Shown here piece after piece: positions 8,595 to 17,107 of a stretch of DNA of 64,000 nt. The stretch's first letter is position 1. The number at the start of each line of letters is the position of its first letter. This DNA is from an uncultured Bdellovibrionales bacterium. GTDB lineage: Bacteria; Patescibacteriota; Minisyncoccia; Moranbacterales; UBA1568. The position numbers and the translations under genes are program-made. The DNA lies in the NCBI GenBank assembly GCA_964543815.1, contig CAZIZG010000001.1, forward strand, positions 39,828 through 103,827, read 5' to 3'. The notes beneath the pieces were generated by a model. The model was not told the DNA's origin. It was given only the letters and a program-made list of their open reading frames with translations, and ran no database searches.

Positions 8595-9509
8595 ATGAAA
8601 ACTCTCAAACTGTGGCGCACATTCAAAGAAGGGTGGCAGAACTTCCGCCGTAATGGTTGGCTGTCTTTTGCAACGGTGAGCATCCTCACCCTCTCACTCT
8701 TTATCGTCGGTCTCTCGACACTGATCGGACTGACTACTCACTACATGCTTCAAACCATGCGGGACAAAGTGAGCGTCAACGTTTCTTTCAATCCTGATGT
8801 CCCAGAACCTCGTATTCTCGAAATTCGTGATGAGCTCGCCAAGTATAAAAAAGAAATTGCCTCTGTCGAATACGTCTCTCGCGATGCGGCGCTCGATACC
8901 TTTCTCGAAGAAAATAAAGCCAATCCAGTCATTGTTCAGGCCGTTGAGGAGATAGGGGACAACCCGCTTCTCGCATCACTCGTGATCAAAGCTGTTCAAC
9001 CGGAGTATTTCGAAGTTATCGTCAATCAAATCCAGCGCTCAACCTTCCAGAGTGACATCAGTCGCATCAATTACGACAAAAACAAAAAGATTTTTGCCAA
9101 CCTCGACCATATCAATAAAACAACCCAAAAAGTCGGGTTGATTCTCGGACTTGCTTTTATTTTCATTGCAGTCCTGATCACCTTCAACACCATCCGCATC
9201 ACTATTTATTCTCACCGTCAGGAGTTCGAAATCATGCGTCTCGTCGGAGCCTCAAATATCTACGTTCGCATGCCATTTCTCTTTGAGGGGATTTTCTATG
9301 GTGTTTCGGCAGCAATTGCAACCGCTCTTGCCCTCTTCGTAGCCGCCTACTTCATCTCGCCACTCACCCAGGGAGCTATCCCGCAGGGGAATTTCCTTGG
9401 ACTCTATACCAGTTTCTTCCTTCCTGTTTTTGGTGGACTTCTCATCCTCGGTGTCACTCTGGGAGTACTCTCAAGCACTATTGCCATCAGACGATACCTC
9501 AGGGTCTAA
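8595..9509 (+). CDS. ftsX: Cell division permease FtsX
   Basis: 4-TM layout; NTIRITIYS..EFEIMRLVGAS..YVRMPFLFEG. Confidence 0.92.
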   Translation: MKTLKLWRTFKEGWQNFRRNGWLSFATVSILTLSLFIVGLSTLIGLTTHYMLQTMRDKVSVNVSFNPDVPEPRILEIRDELAKYKKEIASVEYVSRDAALDTFLEENKANPVIVQAVEEIGDNPLLASLVIKAVQPEYFEVIVNQIQRSTFQSDISRINYDKNKKIFANLDHINKTTQKVGLILGLAFIFIAVLITFNTIRITIYSHRQEFEIMRLVGASNIYVRMPFLFEGIFYGVSAAIATALALFVAAYFISPLTQGAIPQGNFLGLYTSFFLPVFGGLLILGVTLGVLSSTIAIRRYLRV

Positions 9510-9511
9510 TC

Positions 9512-9540
9512 TTGACTGAGAGGGCTATTTTGGATAGGAT
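9512..9540 (+). promoter_or_regulatory. sigma70 promoter of tRNA-Gln
   Basis: TTGACT-17 nt-TAGGAT, 25 nt upstream of the tRNA. Confidence 0.65.
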
Positions 9541-9565
9541 GAAGTGGCGCTATAAAGCGTCAAAT

Positions 9566-9636
9566 TGGGGCGTGGCCAAGCGGTAAGGCAATGGGTTCTG
9601 GTCCCATGACCCTAGGTTCGAATCCTAGCGCCCCAG
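9566..9636 (+). tRNA. tRNA-Gln(CTG), CCA not encoded
   Basis: TGGGGCG/CGCCCCA acceptor; ATGGG-TTCTGGT-CCCAT anticodon arm; GGTTCGAATCC T-arm. Confidence 0.95.
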
Positions 9637-9646
9637 CAAATACTTT

Positions 9647-9668
9647 AAGCACTCGAAAGGGTGCTTTT
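9647..9668 (+). terminator. Intrinsic terminator after tRNA-Gln
   Basis: AAGCACTC-GAAA-GGGTGCTTTT hairpin. Confidence 0.7.
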
Positions 9669-9673
9669 GTGTT

Positions 9674-10804
9674 ATGATAGAAAAAAGTATGGCTTCAAGA
9701 AAAATAAATACATTTTCATCAATTTTAATAATCCTCATCTTAGCAACATTTGTTGCCTTTATTTCGGTTAACCTCTCGACTCAAATAACTACGCCCGATA
9801 TTACAACGAGTGTCGCTCCGGCGCAAAAGCCAGATAAATCATCAATACTAAGTGATACTTCTCATTGGAAAACATATAGGAACGATGAATTCTATTTCGG
9901 TTTTCGCTACCCAGATGATGAGAACGGTGTGACCCTAGATGAAACTACCGGTCTTAAGCGAGCATACCTTCATAATGATTGGCATCTACTTCAAGCTTCA
10001 GAAAAAACGAACTCTCCGGTTAAAATGAGGGCCGAGAAACTGATTTTCAGTATTGATTTACTCACAGCCAATGATAGCGATGGCAAAAAAATTACTGACG
10101 TAGAAAGTTTCTTAAAAAATTATCCTTATAGGAGAATACATCGAATTCGGGAGGAGCGTGGCCATATAGGAAATATCTCAACGATTGAAGATATCTGGCC
10201 GACCAAAGACTCGGGCATGGCGTTATCAGAAGCTGAAAGCCGAACAGTATACGCTTATTACAACGACCTGATTTATCAAATCACTATAATTCCAAGTTCC
10301 GGAATACCGGCCGAAATGATGGCGTCTTTTTTCTTTACTAATCCAAAAAATGTGACACCAGTAGGTTCGCCAACTACAAGAAAACAGACCTATTACACCA
10401 ATAGTTCACTCGGCTTTAAAATGTCTTTCCCAGAGGGCTGGTATTTCCCAGCCCCAGACGATTCTAATCCAAAAATTTATAATTGCTTGACAGCTAGAGG
10501 GCACATATATGGATTCAGCTGTGGTACTGTTACAGTGCAGGATGCTTCGTCAGAATACCCTCCGGGTTCCCAGTTCAAAAATGATATCTCAACTGTCTAC
10601 GATAAAGTAACACCTGTTATTAATCTCATTCCCGAAGCAACTGTACTAAAAGTTAGTTCTAAAACAATAACAGATGGACCACCTCAACCAGAAGGAATTG
10701 AATATTTTGTATATTTTTATAACAAATCCAGAGTCTTGAATATATTCATAAGTGATATAAAGCTTGAAAAAAATATTCTTTCTTCTATTCGATTAACAGA
10801 ATAA
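9674..10804 (+). CDS. AT-rich membrane-anchored surface protein with two PsbP-like modules
   Basis: N-terminal TM; WKTYRNDEFYFGFRYP and TYYTNSSLGFKMSFPEGW module starts; ends ILSSIRL; real start may be ATG 9689. Confidence 0.7.
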   Translation: MIEKSMASRKINTFSSILIILILATFVAFISVNLSTQITTPDITTSVAPAQKPDKSSILSDTSHWKTYRNDEFYFGFRYPDDENGVTLDETTGLKRAYLHNDWHLLQASEKTNSPVKMRAEKLIFSIDLLTANDSDGKKITDVESFLKNYPYRRIHRIREERGHIGNISTIEDIWPTKDSGMALSEAESRTVYAYYNDLIYQITIIPSSGIPAEMMASFFFTNPKNVTPVGSPTTRKQTYYTNSSLGFKMSFPEGWYFPAPDDSNPKIYNCLTARGHIYGFSCGTVTVQDASSEYPPGSQFKNDISTVYDKVTPVINLIPEATVLKVSSKTITDGPPQPEGIEYFVYFYNKSRVLNIFISDIKLEKNILSSIRLTE

Positions 10805-10859
10805 TAATTTGTGCTGACGCCATCCCAAAGTCTCAGAAAATAATCGTGAGATTCTCCAC

Positions 10860-11306
10860 ATGAAAGAAATAACACTTCACAATCAATGGGTCATCAAGGC
10901 CTCTGTAGCTGATGTATTCGGTGTAATTACTGACTTCGAAAAATTTCCTCAGCACTTTCCAAAGGTTGCTCAATCAATACGGATTACCAAACGGGAGAGT
11001 AACAATGTCGAAATGGATACCACTGTAATCTCATTTGGTAAAAGCTTTCAGGTCAAGATGAAGACTCAGATTATCCCGGGAAAGGGTTTTATCTCAGATA
11101 ACGACAGCTATCAATTTGGGACTTCTGGACATGAAGAGTTGTTGTTGTCTCCACATACCGAAGGAACTTTGATTGACTATACCTATCGGGTTACCATCCA
11201 CAAAAAATGGCTCCGTATAATCGCCGTGCCACTACTACGTTGGTATTCGATGAAATACTGGGAAAAAGCCGTCATAGATCAGCTAAAGAAAATTCTCGAA
11301 AAATAG
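10860..11306 (+). CDS. SRPBCC/polyketide cyclase-like family protein
   Basis: IKASVADVFGVITDFEKFPQHFP N-terminal signature. Confidence 0.75.
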   Translation: MKEITLHNQWVIKASVADVFGVITDFEKFPQHFPKVAQSIRITKRESNNVEMDTTVISFGKSFQVKMKTQIIPGKGFISDNDSYQFGTSGHEELLLSPHTEGTLIDYTYRVTIHKKWLRIIAVPLLRWYSMKYWEKAVIDQLKKILEK

Positions 11307-11440
11307 TAGCCATACTGTGAGCTCGGGCCAAAACAAGCGCTAACTTCACCCAAAAGTTTCAATACAAATTAAGTATCTTTGACTTCATACGCTGATAAAT
11401 ATAATTTACAACATCCTCTCTCTCGGTATATACTGAATTC

Positions 11441-11884
11441 ATGAAACACAAAACAAAACACGTTATCTCGATTCACCCTGACACACCGTTCATTGCTCTC
11501 TTTATTATCTTCTTCCTCGCTTTGGCCGCTTTTCTCATTTCGTACTCGGGCTTCCTTTTTTCGTCCGATACGAATCAGCAGGTGGCTTGCACGGAAGAGG
11601 CGCGTCAGTGTCCCGATGGGAGCTACGTTGGTCGGAGTGGTCCACACTGTGAGTTTACCCGTTGCGGCGATAGATTACCGAATCATCCTGGCATCACTGA
11701 GGAGCCATTTCTCGCACCCTCGGGAGCTACTCCTTCTACCAAATCCAAAAAGGCACCTCGGGAGGCTGTCTGCACCCAAGAGGTTAAAACCTGCCCAGAT
11801 GGCAGCTTCGTCAGTAAAGTTGGTCCGGAGTGCGAGTTTGCTCCCTGTCCGGATGATTCCGATACGATTGAGTCCGGCGAATAG
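11441..11884 (+). CDS. Membrane-anchored protein with two Cys-rich CPDGS repeats
   Basis: CTEEARQCPDGSYVGRSGPHCEFTRC and CTQEVKTCPDGSFVSKVGPECEFAPC. Confidence 0.8.
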   Translation: MKHKTKHVISIHPDTPFIALFIIFFLALAAFLISYSGFLFSSDTNQQVACTEEARQCPDGSYVGRSGPHCEFTRCGDRLPNHPGITEEPFLAPSGATPSTKSKKAPREAVCTQEVKTCPDGSFVSKVGPECEFAPCPDDSDTIESGE

Positions 11885-11892
11885 CAAGAGAC

Positions 11893-13050
11893 TCAGAGAC
11901 TCAGTTCGTCATCCACCTCAATCTTATTCTTTTTTACAGAAAGACTGGTGCTCTCCTTATCGAGTACTTTTGTTTTTTCGACCGATGTTTTCACTGAAGA
12001 GGGGAGGGTGGCAAGGATAGTACGAAGAGCGACACCGTCCACTTTGAGCACACTTTCCCACTTATCAAGCGGCTCGAGTAAGGCTCGCAGTTCTTCTTCA
12101 TTGTACTTATACGTCTTGCGGAGAGACTTGCCGATGATGCCGGCTTCATCAAAGACCCGGTCTACTCCTTCCTGTTCCATGTAATCGAGAATCATTGCTT
12201 GGAGCTTCCCGAGACGTAGTTTTTCCTCGCTCATTTTGCTTTTGAGGTCAAGATATTCCCCGATAGCAGCCTTCACATCTTCAGTTTCAAGCTTTCTTGT
12301 TTCTGAAAATTTATGCTTCCACAACGGACATATTTTTTGATACCCGCACCAGTCACAGAGTGGCGAAAGAATAGGTTCAAATTTTGCCTCTTCGATTGAC
12401 TTGATCACTTCGAGAAAGGTCTCATCGACTCGCTCCAGCTGTTCCTTAGTCCGAGTACTCGAGAGTTTCACCCCATGCTTCAGGTAGTAAAGACTGACGG
12501 TAATTTTATCGAGATGTTCTGCCTCTTTGGGATAGCGTGCAAGAAAGGCCTTGAGATAAATGGAGAGCTGTAAATCATTGTCTACTTTATCCTGTGACGG
12601 CATTTTGCGCGTCGTTTTGTAATCGATGATTTCGTAGCCGTCTTTGGTCCGGTCGATGCGGTCGATGATTCCAGAGACGATATGTTTGCCAGATTCTTCG
12701 GTACCAATTTCAATAGCGAACCGGCTTTCCAAATCAACGATGGTGTAGTCGTTTGGTTTGTGTCGATCCAGATAATCCTGAATCATGGTCACGCCCTGGG
12801 AAAAGGCTGCTCGTTCCTCCAGTTCGTCATCATATACCTCGCTGTTCCAGCCTTTGGAAAAATAATCGAGAGCCTGATCAGTGGATGGGGCGAGCAGGGC
12901 AGGGGTGTGAATGTATTTGAGTACCGCGTGGATGAGTGTCCCAAAGACTGCTTCCTTGCTTTTGGGCTCAGGAATACGATCGACGTGCTGATACTTGTAC
13001 TTAAGCGGACAGGTCTGATAGGTCCCGACACTTGAATAAGAAATACGCAT
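11893..13050 (-). CDS. Stand-alone PD-(D/E)XK nuclease (RecB/AddB/Cas4-like) with putative Fe-S staple
   Basis: SYS...YQTCP, FGTLIH, GIIDRID, IIDYKT, QLSIY, CDWCGYQKIC. Confidence 0.85.
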   Translation of the reverse strand: MRISYSSVGTYQTCPLKYKYQHVDRIPEPKSKEAVFGTLIHAVLKYIHTPALLAPSTDQALDYFSKGWNSEVYDDELEERAAFSQGVTMIQDYLDRHKPNDYTIVDLESRFAIEIGTEESGKHIVSGIIDRIDRTKDGYEIIDYKTTRKMPSQDKVDNDLQLSIYLKAFLARYPKEAEHLDKITVSLYYLKHGVKLSSTRTKEQLERVDETFLEVIKSIEEAKFEPILSPLCDWCGYQKICPLWKHKFSETRKLETEDVKAAIGEYLDLKSKMSEEKLRLGKLQAMILDYMEQEGVDRVFDEAGIIGKSLRKTYKYNEEELRALLEPLDKWESVLKVDGVALRTILATLPSSVKTSVEKTKVLDKESTSLSVKKNKIEVDDELSL

Positions 13051-13116
13051 AATCAGGGCAAAAATTCTAAATAAAAATTACCTTCATTGTAGCAGAAAAT
13101 TCACCCTCCTGATGTA

Positions 13117-13145
13117 TTGACTTTTCTATTAAAAAGTGATATAAT
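13117..13145 (+). promoter_or_regulatory. Near-consensus sigma70 promoter of the GGDEF gene
   Basis: TTGACT-17 nt-TATAAT with extended TG. Confidence 0.75.
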
Positions 13146-13203
13146 GGTAATCGTACCTTGAAATTTCACCCACCCCAAACAACCGCTCAAAGAAGGGATT
13201 CCC

Positions 13204-14079
13204 ATGCCAAACACCTGGTTCGAACGCCTACTCTCAATCATTGGTCTGGTGCCGAAAAGCACTTACCAAGAGGTCTCGGAGCAGCTCACCCGTGCGAGTA
13301 TCGACCTCGAAAAGGCGCAGGGGTCGCGCGACGAGACTCGGCGCCAACTGGCAGCTGAGAAGCTCGCCCACACTCTGCTCAATACCAATACGACGGAAGA
13401 ACGGGAGCGTCTCCTGCGCGAGATCATCGTCCTCAATGCATCGGTCACCGACCGTGATCGGCTGATTGCTGATCAACTCGAGCAGATCCGCTCGCTCGAG
13501 AAGCTCACCATGACCGATGTCTTGACGGGCTTGGTCAATCGGCGTGGTCTCGAAGCCTTTGCCGCCCGCCAGATCAACCAGATCTCGCACACCATTCGCA
13601 AGAGTGGCGAACAGCGTCAACTTCCGACCGTCACCGCCATCTTCTTTGACCTTGATCACTTCAAGGCCGTGAACGATGGCGCCGGTCATGCCGCCGGTGA
13701 TGCCGTCCTCCGCCTCGTGGCAGAACATGCCCTGATGCATCTCGGCAAGCGCACCAGTGACATCGTGGCCCGTCTCGGCGGCGACGAGTTCGTCGTCATC
13801 ATGCCCGAGGCCAACCAGGCCCTGGTACAGGAACGGGCCGAGCAGTTCCGATCTGCCGTCGAGAACGATACCCGCCTCCACTTAGTGGAAGGCCAAGTCG
13901 GCGTCACCGCGAGCATCGGTATCGCCCGCATCGCGCTTCGGGCCACGACTGAGGCCAGTGAAGCACTGAAGCAATTGATCGCCCAAGCCGACTTCGCTGC
14001 CTACGCCTCCAAGAACAGGGGACGCAACAGGGTCTCGCTTGGTGAAGACGTGACGCAGTGGGGTGGGCTCGAAGGCTGA
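13204..14079 (+). CDS. Diguanylate cyclase (coiled coil + GGDEF)
   Basis: DVLTGLVNRR, DLDHFKAVND..GH..GD, RTSD I-site, GGDEF, AYASKNRGRNR. Confidence 0.92.
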   Translation: MPNTWFERLLSIIGLVPKSTYQEVSEQLTRASIDLEKAQGSRDETRRQLAAEKLAHTLLNTNTTEERERLLREIIVLNASVTDRDRLIADQLEQIRSLEKLTMTDVLTGLVNRRGLEAFAARQINQISHTIRKSGEQRQLPTVTAIFFDLDHFKAVNDGAGHAAGDAVLRLVAEHALMHLGKRTSDIVARLGGDEFVVIMPEANQALVQERAEQFRSAVENDTRLHLVEGQVGVTASIGIARIALRATTEASEALKQLIAQADFAAYASKNRGRNRVSLGEDVTQWGGLEG

Positions 14080-14093
14080 ACCTAGCCCACTTT

Positions 14094-14131
14094 CCGGATG
14101 TATGTATCTCACGTACATCCGGTCTTTTTTT
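14094..14131 (+). terminator. Intrinsic terminator after the GGDEF gene
   Basis: CCGGATGTA...TACATCCGG followed by a T-run. Confidence 0.7.
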
Positions 14132-14221
14132 ATTCCCTCTCTCGACAACGTACCTATCTTTTGATATACAGAGAGACATCGTACCCTGCACCCATCCACA
14201 ACTCACCAGAGGAGAGTTGCT

Positions 14222-14461
14222 ATGCAAGAACCAAGCGTGCATCAGCACCGGAGAAACTACGGGGCCGATGGTGAAACCTACGGCGCGCGGCTCGACCTGG
14301 GTGACATCATTCAGGATGGTGATCTCCAAGGGTCATCGAGAAACATGCGCTGGACCAGGTGTCCACCGAGACTCGTCGGCAAGCGCCTCAAGTTTGGCAG
14401 TCCAGTCACCATTCGGCCGCTCCCCGTTCTCATCCTGGGTCGCTCCCACGCACAGCCGTAG
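14222..14461 (+). CDS. Small orphan protein (SD-led cassette)
   Basis: 79 aa; AGGAG SD; TCGACA/TATACA promoter-like pair; hairpin and T-run after the stop. Confidence 0.55.
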   Translation: MQEPSVHQHRRNYGADGETYGARLDLGDIIQDGDLQGSSRNMRWTRCPPRLVGKRLKFGSPVTIRPLPVLILGRSHAQP

Positions 14462-14538
14462 ACAGAAGCATCTGCCTCCGGTTTTTTTATTTTCAAACAA
14501 AAAACCCAGCGATACCGTATATCACTGGGTGTAGCACT

Positions 14539-15012
14539 TCAGGGCTGGCCGACGTTCGGCGCCTCCTCATCAGAGTAGACCACCGTCTTGCTCTCGGGAT
14601 GCTTGGCGAACAGTTCGAGCGTGAACATGGCACGACCACCGTAGACCATGCCGGAAATGCGGAAACCAGTCCACTTGACCCGCTTATTGGCACGCACGAG
14701 CTCGATCAAGGAAGCGAGGATGCCGTCCGGATCGCCCGAGCGCCTGGCCCACTGCTCGAAGTACATGCCGAAGTTGGGATGATCCACCATGGCACCCCGG
14801 GGGACTTCATCAGCCGGAATCCGCAGGTACCTGATGAGAACTTCGCTGTCACGCTTGTTCTCAAACTGGTCAGTTCGCCACCCCTCGTGCACATCGCGTT
14901 CATCGAACTCATGCGGAAACTGGTACTGCTGGATGAGCATGGCCCGGCCAGTCCCAAAGGTGCCAAGCGAACCAGGCACATAGGGGAGCACACGATTGAC
15001 AAAGTTACTCAC
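14539..15012 (-). CDS. Orphan hypothetical protein (GTG start)
   Basis: 157 aa, GC-rich; GAGGAG SD; terminator 14499-14530. Confidence 0.65.
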   Translation of the reverse strand: MSNFVNRVLPYVPGSLGTFGTGRAMLIQQYQFPHEFDERDVHEGWRTDQFENKRDSEVLIRYLRIPADEVPRGAMVDHPNFGMYFEQWARRSGDPDGILASLIELVRANKRVKWTGFRISGMVYGGRAMFTLELFAKHPESKTVVYSDEEAPNVGQP

Positions 15013-15059
15013 GGAAATCTCCTCACATCAATAGATGAACGAAGGTAGTTCGGTCAGTC

Positions 15060-15674
15060 TCACTGTTGCGACCTTCGGATGATGACCACCGCGATACGGT
15101 ATACGATGAGGGGCAGCACGATAAACGCACTCGCCACCGTCATATACACCGGATAGAGGTAGTGTGTCACTGTCCACTGATCAACTGCCAAGAGATTGAC
15201 AGCACTACCGAGACAGAACATAGCCCAAGGAAACACCGGCTCATCGCCAGGTTGTTTCCATGTGGCACGAACTTGCGGCAACGCCCCCATGGCGTCAGTC
15301 ACGAGTAAACCAATGAGGCCCATGAACGGATCATTCGTCCACCACCAAACCGCAAGAGAAACCACGCAGATGGCAACACACACTGTATCAAGTCGCTTCC
15401 ATTCGAACGTTCCGAACTTGAGCGCCAGGAAAAAGATGATGACCGGGTTGATGAAACCAATCCAGGCTGCGAGCAGAGTCGAATCAACCCTGGCTCCGGA
15501 TCCCGAATATGTGAGTAGCAGGAGCAGTCCAAGGACTGCCCAAATGCCCCACGTCGAACGTACCGGCCGCGGCACCTGACCGCTCACGATACCCCACATG
15601 TAGTGAAGACCGCTCACAGCGATAAGCACGGCAGACAGGCCGCCCCAAGACATAAAAGACAGGAGCAATTCCAT
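15060..15674 (+). other. No coding feature on the plus strand here; plus-strand ORFs shadow the minus-strand gene at the same coordinates
   Basis: Plus-strand ORFs 15066..15308 and 15196..15579 lack SD, promoter and family motifs. Confidence 0.3.
15060..15674 (-). CDS. Multi-pass membrane protein (PQ-loop-like internal repeat)
   Basis: About 7 TM helices; P..STWGIW and ALPQVRATWKQP..E repeat; GGAGG SD; TAGACA/TGcTACAGT promoter at ~15733-15762. Confidence 0.75.
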   Translation of the reverse strand: MELLLSFMSWGGLSAVLIAVSGLHYMWGIVSGQVPRPVRSTWGIWAVLGLLLLLTYSGSGARVDSTLLAAWIGFINPVIIFFLALKFGTFEWKRLDTVCVAICVVSLAVWWWTNDPFMGLIGLLVTDAMGALPQVRATWKQPGDEPVFPWAMFCLGSAVNLLAVDQWTVTHYLYPVYMTVASAFIVLPLIVYRIAVVIIRRSQQ

Positions 15675-15794
15675 CTCGCTCTCCTCCGAAAAGGTTGTTC
15701 AGGTACGAAACTATCACAAAATCGTGATTTCATACTGTAGCATAAAATTCATTGATTTGTCTAGATAGACGCATCATAGAGCAAGTCCCCCGGC

Positions 15795-16217
15795 AAATCT
15801 AAAAATCAGCAGGGGGGTTAATTGAAAAATTTCAAATCAAAATAAAAAGAATTTTTCGTGAATTCCTTTTTTATTTTTTCCAAAATGCACCGTTCAAAAT
15901 TTTACCCAGGCCAAGCAGGGGAAAGAGCCGAGTGATATATGAGCGTACCCGATATATCCAAGGCCGTATCTAATCCGTGGCTTAGGTGAGAGGATGATTT
16001 ACTATATGTCTCATAATGTAACTTATGAGACATTATATACAGAAAGGACCATGGGGAATAACACGGTCCATGAATCATCATCGAGACTCACCTGCCGTTA
16101 CGTATTTTTTGCAAAAAACGAATGCGTATAATCGCGTATGACGAATTTGAATACGAGTGGTGGTACATCTACCCCTGCCGATTCGTCTCATTTGATGCCT
16201 CAGTATCTTTTAGATTT
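15795..16217 (-). ncRNA. Candidate large structured non-coding element
   Basis: Nested long-range and local inverted repeats (see findings); two stem mismatches resolve as G-U on the minus strand. Confidence 0.4.
16006..16033. other. dif-like tyrosine-recombinase site (11-6-11)
   Basis: ATGTCTCATAA-TGTAAC-TTATGAGACAT; core matches the dif core CATAA-TGTATA-TTATG except in the spacer. Confidence 0.55.
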
Positions 16218-16268
16218 TTTTTGCTCATTCGTGAGTATTGAGCGGGGTCACAATACGTGATTGAGATG

Positions 16269-16314
16269 AAAAGAAAAGACTCCCCTCTTTTTTGCAAAAT
16301 TTGCTAGGGGAGTC
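16269..16314 (-). terminator. Intrinsic terminator after the alpha/beta hydrolase gene
   Basis: GACTCCCCT/AGGGGAGTC stem with a left-side A-tract. Confidence 0.65.
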
Positions 16315-16332
16315 CAAGACAAAAATTTTCTG

Positions 16333-17106
16333 TTACCGTTTCTTGAGAAACGCATCAATCTTTTTCCACAGGAAAAGATGTGCCATGTGCAGATGATGAC
16401 CACCAGTTGGCTTGAGGTAGAGAGTTGACCCGGTAACCCTAGCAAGTTCAACCGAGGGTTGATATGGTACCACGGTATCATCCATAGCATGAAGAATAAA
16501 TACTTTTCGTCCATTAATCTTTTCAGTGTGACGAATGGGGTTATAGAAATCCGTCGTGATCAGCTTTTGCCAATCAAGAGGGGACTTAGGTCGAAATGCG
16601 GCACCAAAAGCTTCTTCGGTAAATCGAATGTGTTCCTGAAATGGTTCGGTCTCCCCTTCTACTTTCCAGTTTGTAACCGGTGCGAGCGCGATGACTTTTT
16701 TTACCAATTCATGATTGGAATTGAGCAACACAGCCGGACCACCAAACGAGGTACCGAATAAGTGGACCGCAGAAATCTTGAGTAATACTTTCTCTCCCGT
16801 GTACGCATCGCGAAAACTCCTCATTCGTTTCAATTCATCAAGAACGTCTGTTATGTCTTGAGCTGGCGAGTGATTCAAGAATACGCCGCCACTCTCCCAA
16901 GTACCGCGATACCGCGGATATATCGCCACATACCCCTGATCGGCAAGAAATTGAAGAAGCTCCTTTTTCACTGGCGTTGAAGGCAGACCGGTTGCAATAA
17001 TAGCCACCCGACCGGTCTCTCTTTTTGGCATGAGAACTTCAGCTACGATGTCTTGGGCAAAGCGGGTGCGAAATGGATACAGACTCTTGATTCGCTTCAT
17101 AATCAA
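16333..17106 (-). CDS. Alpha/beta hydrolase (S9/prolyl oligopeptidase-like)
   Basis: YRGTWESGG, GTSFGG nucleophile elbow, HAMDDTVVP, GGHH. Confidence 0.85.
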   Translation of the reverse strand: MIMKRIKSLYPFRTRFAQDIVAEVLMPKRETGRVAIIATGLPSTPVKKELLQFLADQGYVAIYPRYRGTWESGGVFLNHSPAQDITDVLDELKRMRSFRDAYTGEKVLLKISAVHLFGTSFGGPAVLLNSNHELVKKVIALAPVTNWKVEGETEPFQEHIRFTEEAFGAAFRPKSPLDWQKLITTDFYNPIRHTEKINGRKVFILHAMDDTVVPYQPSVELARVTGSTLYLKPTGGHHLHMAHLFLWKKIDAFLKKR

Positions 17107-17107
17107 T

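Noticed and set aside
11893-13050. Cas4-like nuclease as evidence of a CRISPR-Cas locus
   Set aside because: No repeat-spacer array or other cas gene was seen anywhere in the window.
13234-15048. Long antisense and alternative-frame ORFs over the GC-rich cassettes (e.g. 13234..13881, 14058..14534, 14359..15048)
   Set aside because: These are shadow ORFs expected from high GC3. They lack SD, promoter and family motifs and overlap better-supported genes.
9566-16033. Integrated prophage or island between tRNA-Gln and the dif-like site
   Set aside because: No integrase, phage gene or duplicated tRNA 3' end was found, and the interval mixes core-style and cassette-style genes.
2822-16206. Shared ATTTGATGCCTC(C)AGTAT string at ~2822 and ~16190
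   Set aside because: A 12-nt exact match with a short gapped extension is roughly what chance gives in 64 kb, and the contexts do not correspond.
15700-16330. RNase P RNA, tmRNA or SRP RNA in the large intergenic gap
   Set aside because: I found no GAGGAAAGTCC-type RNase P core, no tRNA-Ala-like tmRNA ends and no SRP helix-8 motif on either strand.
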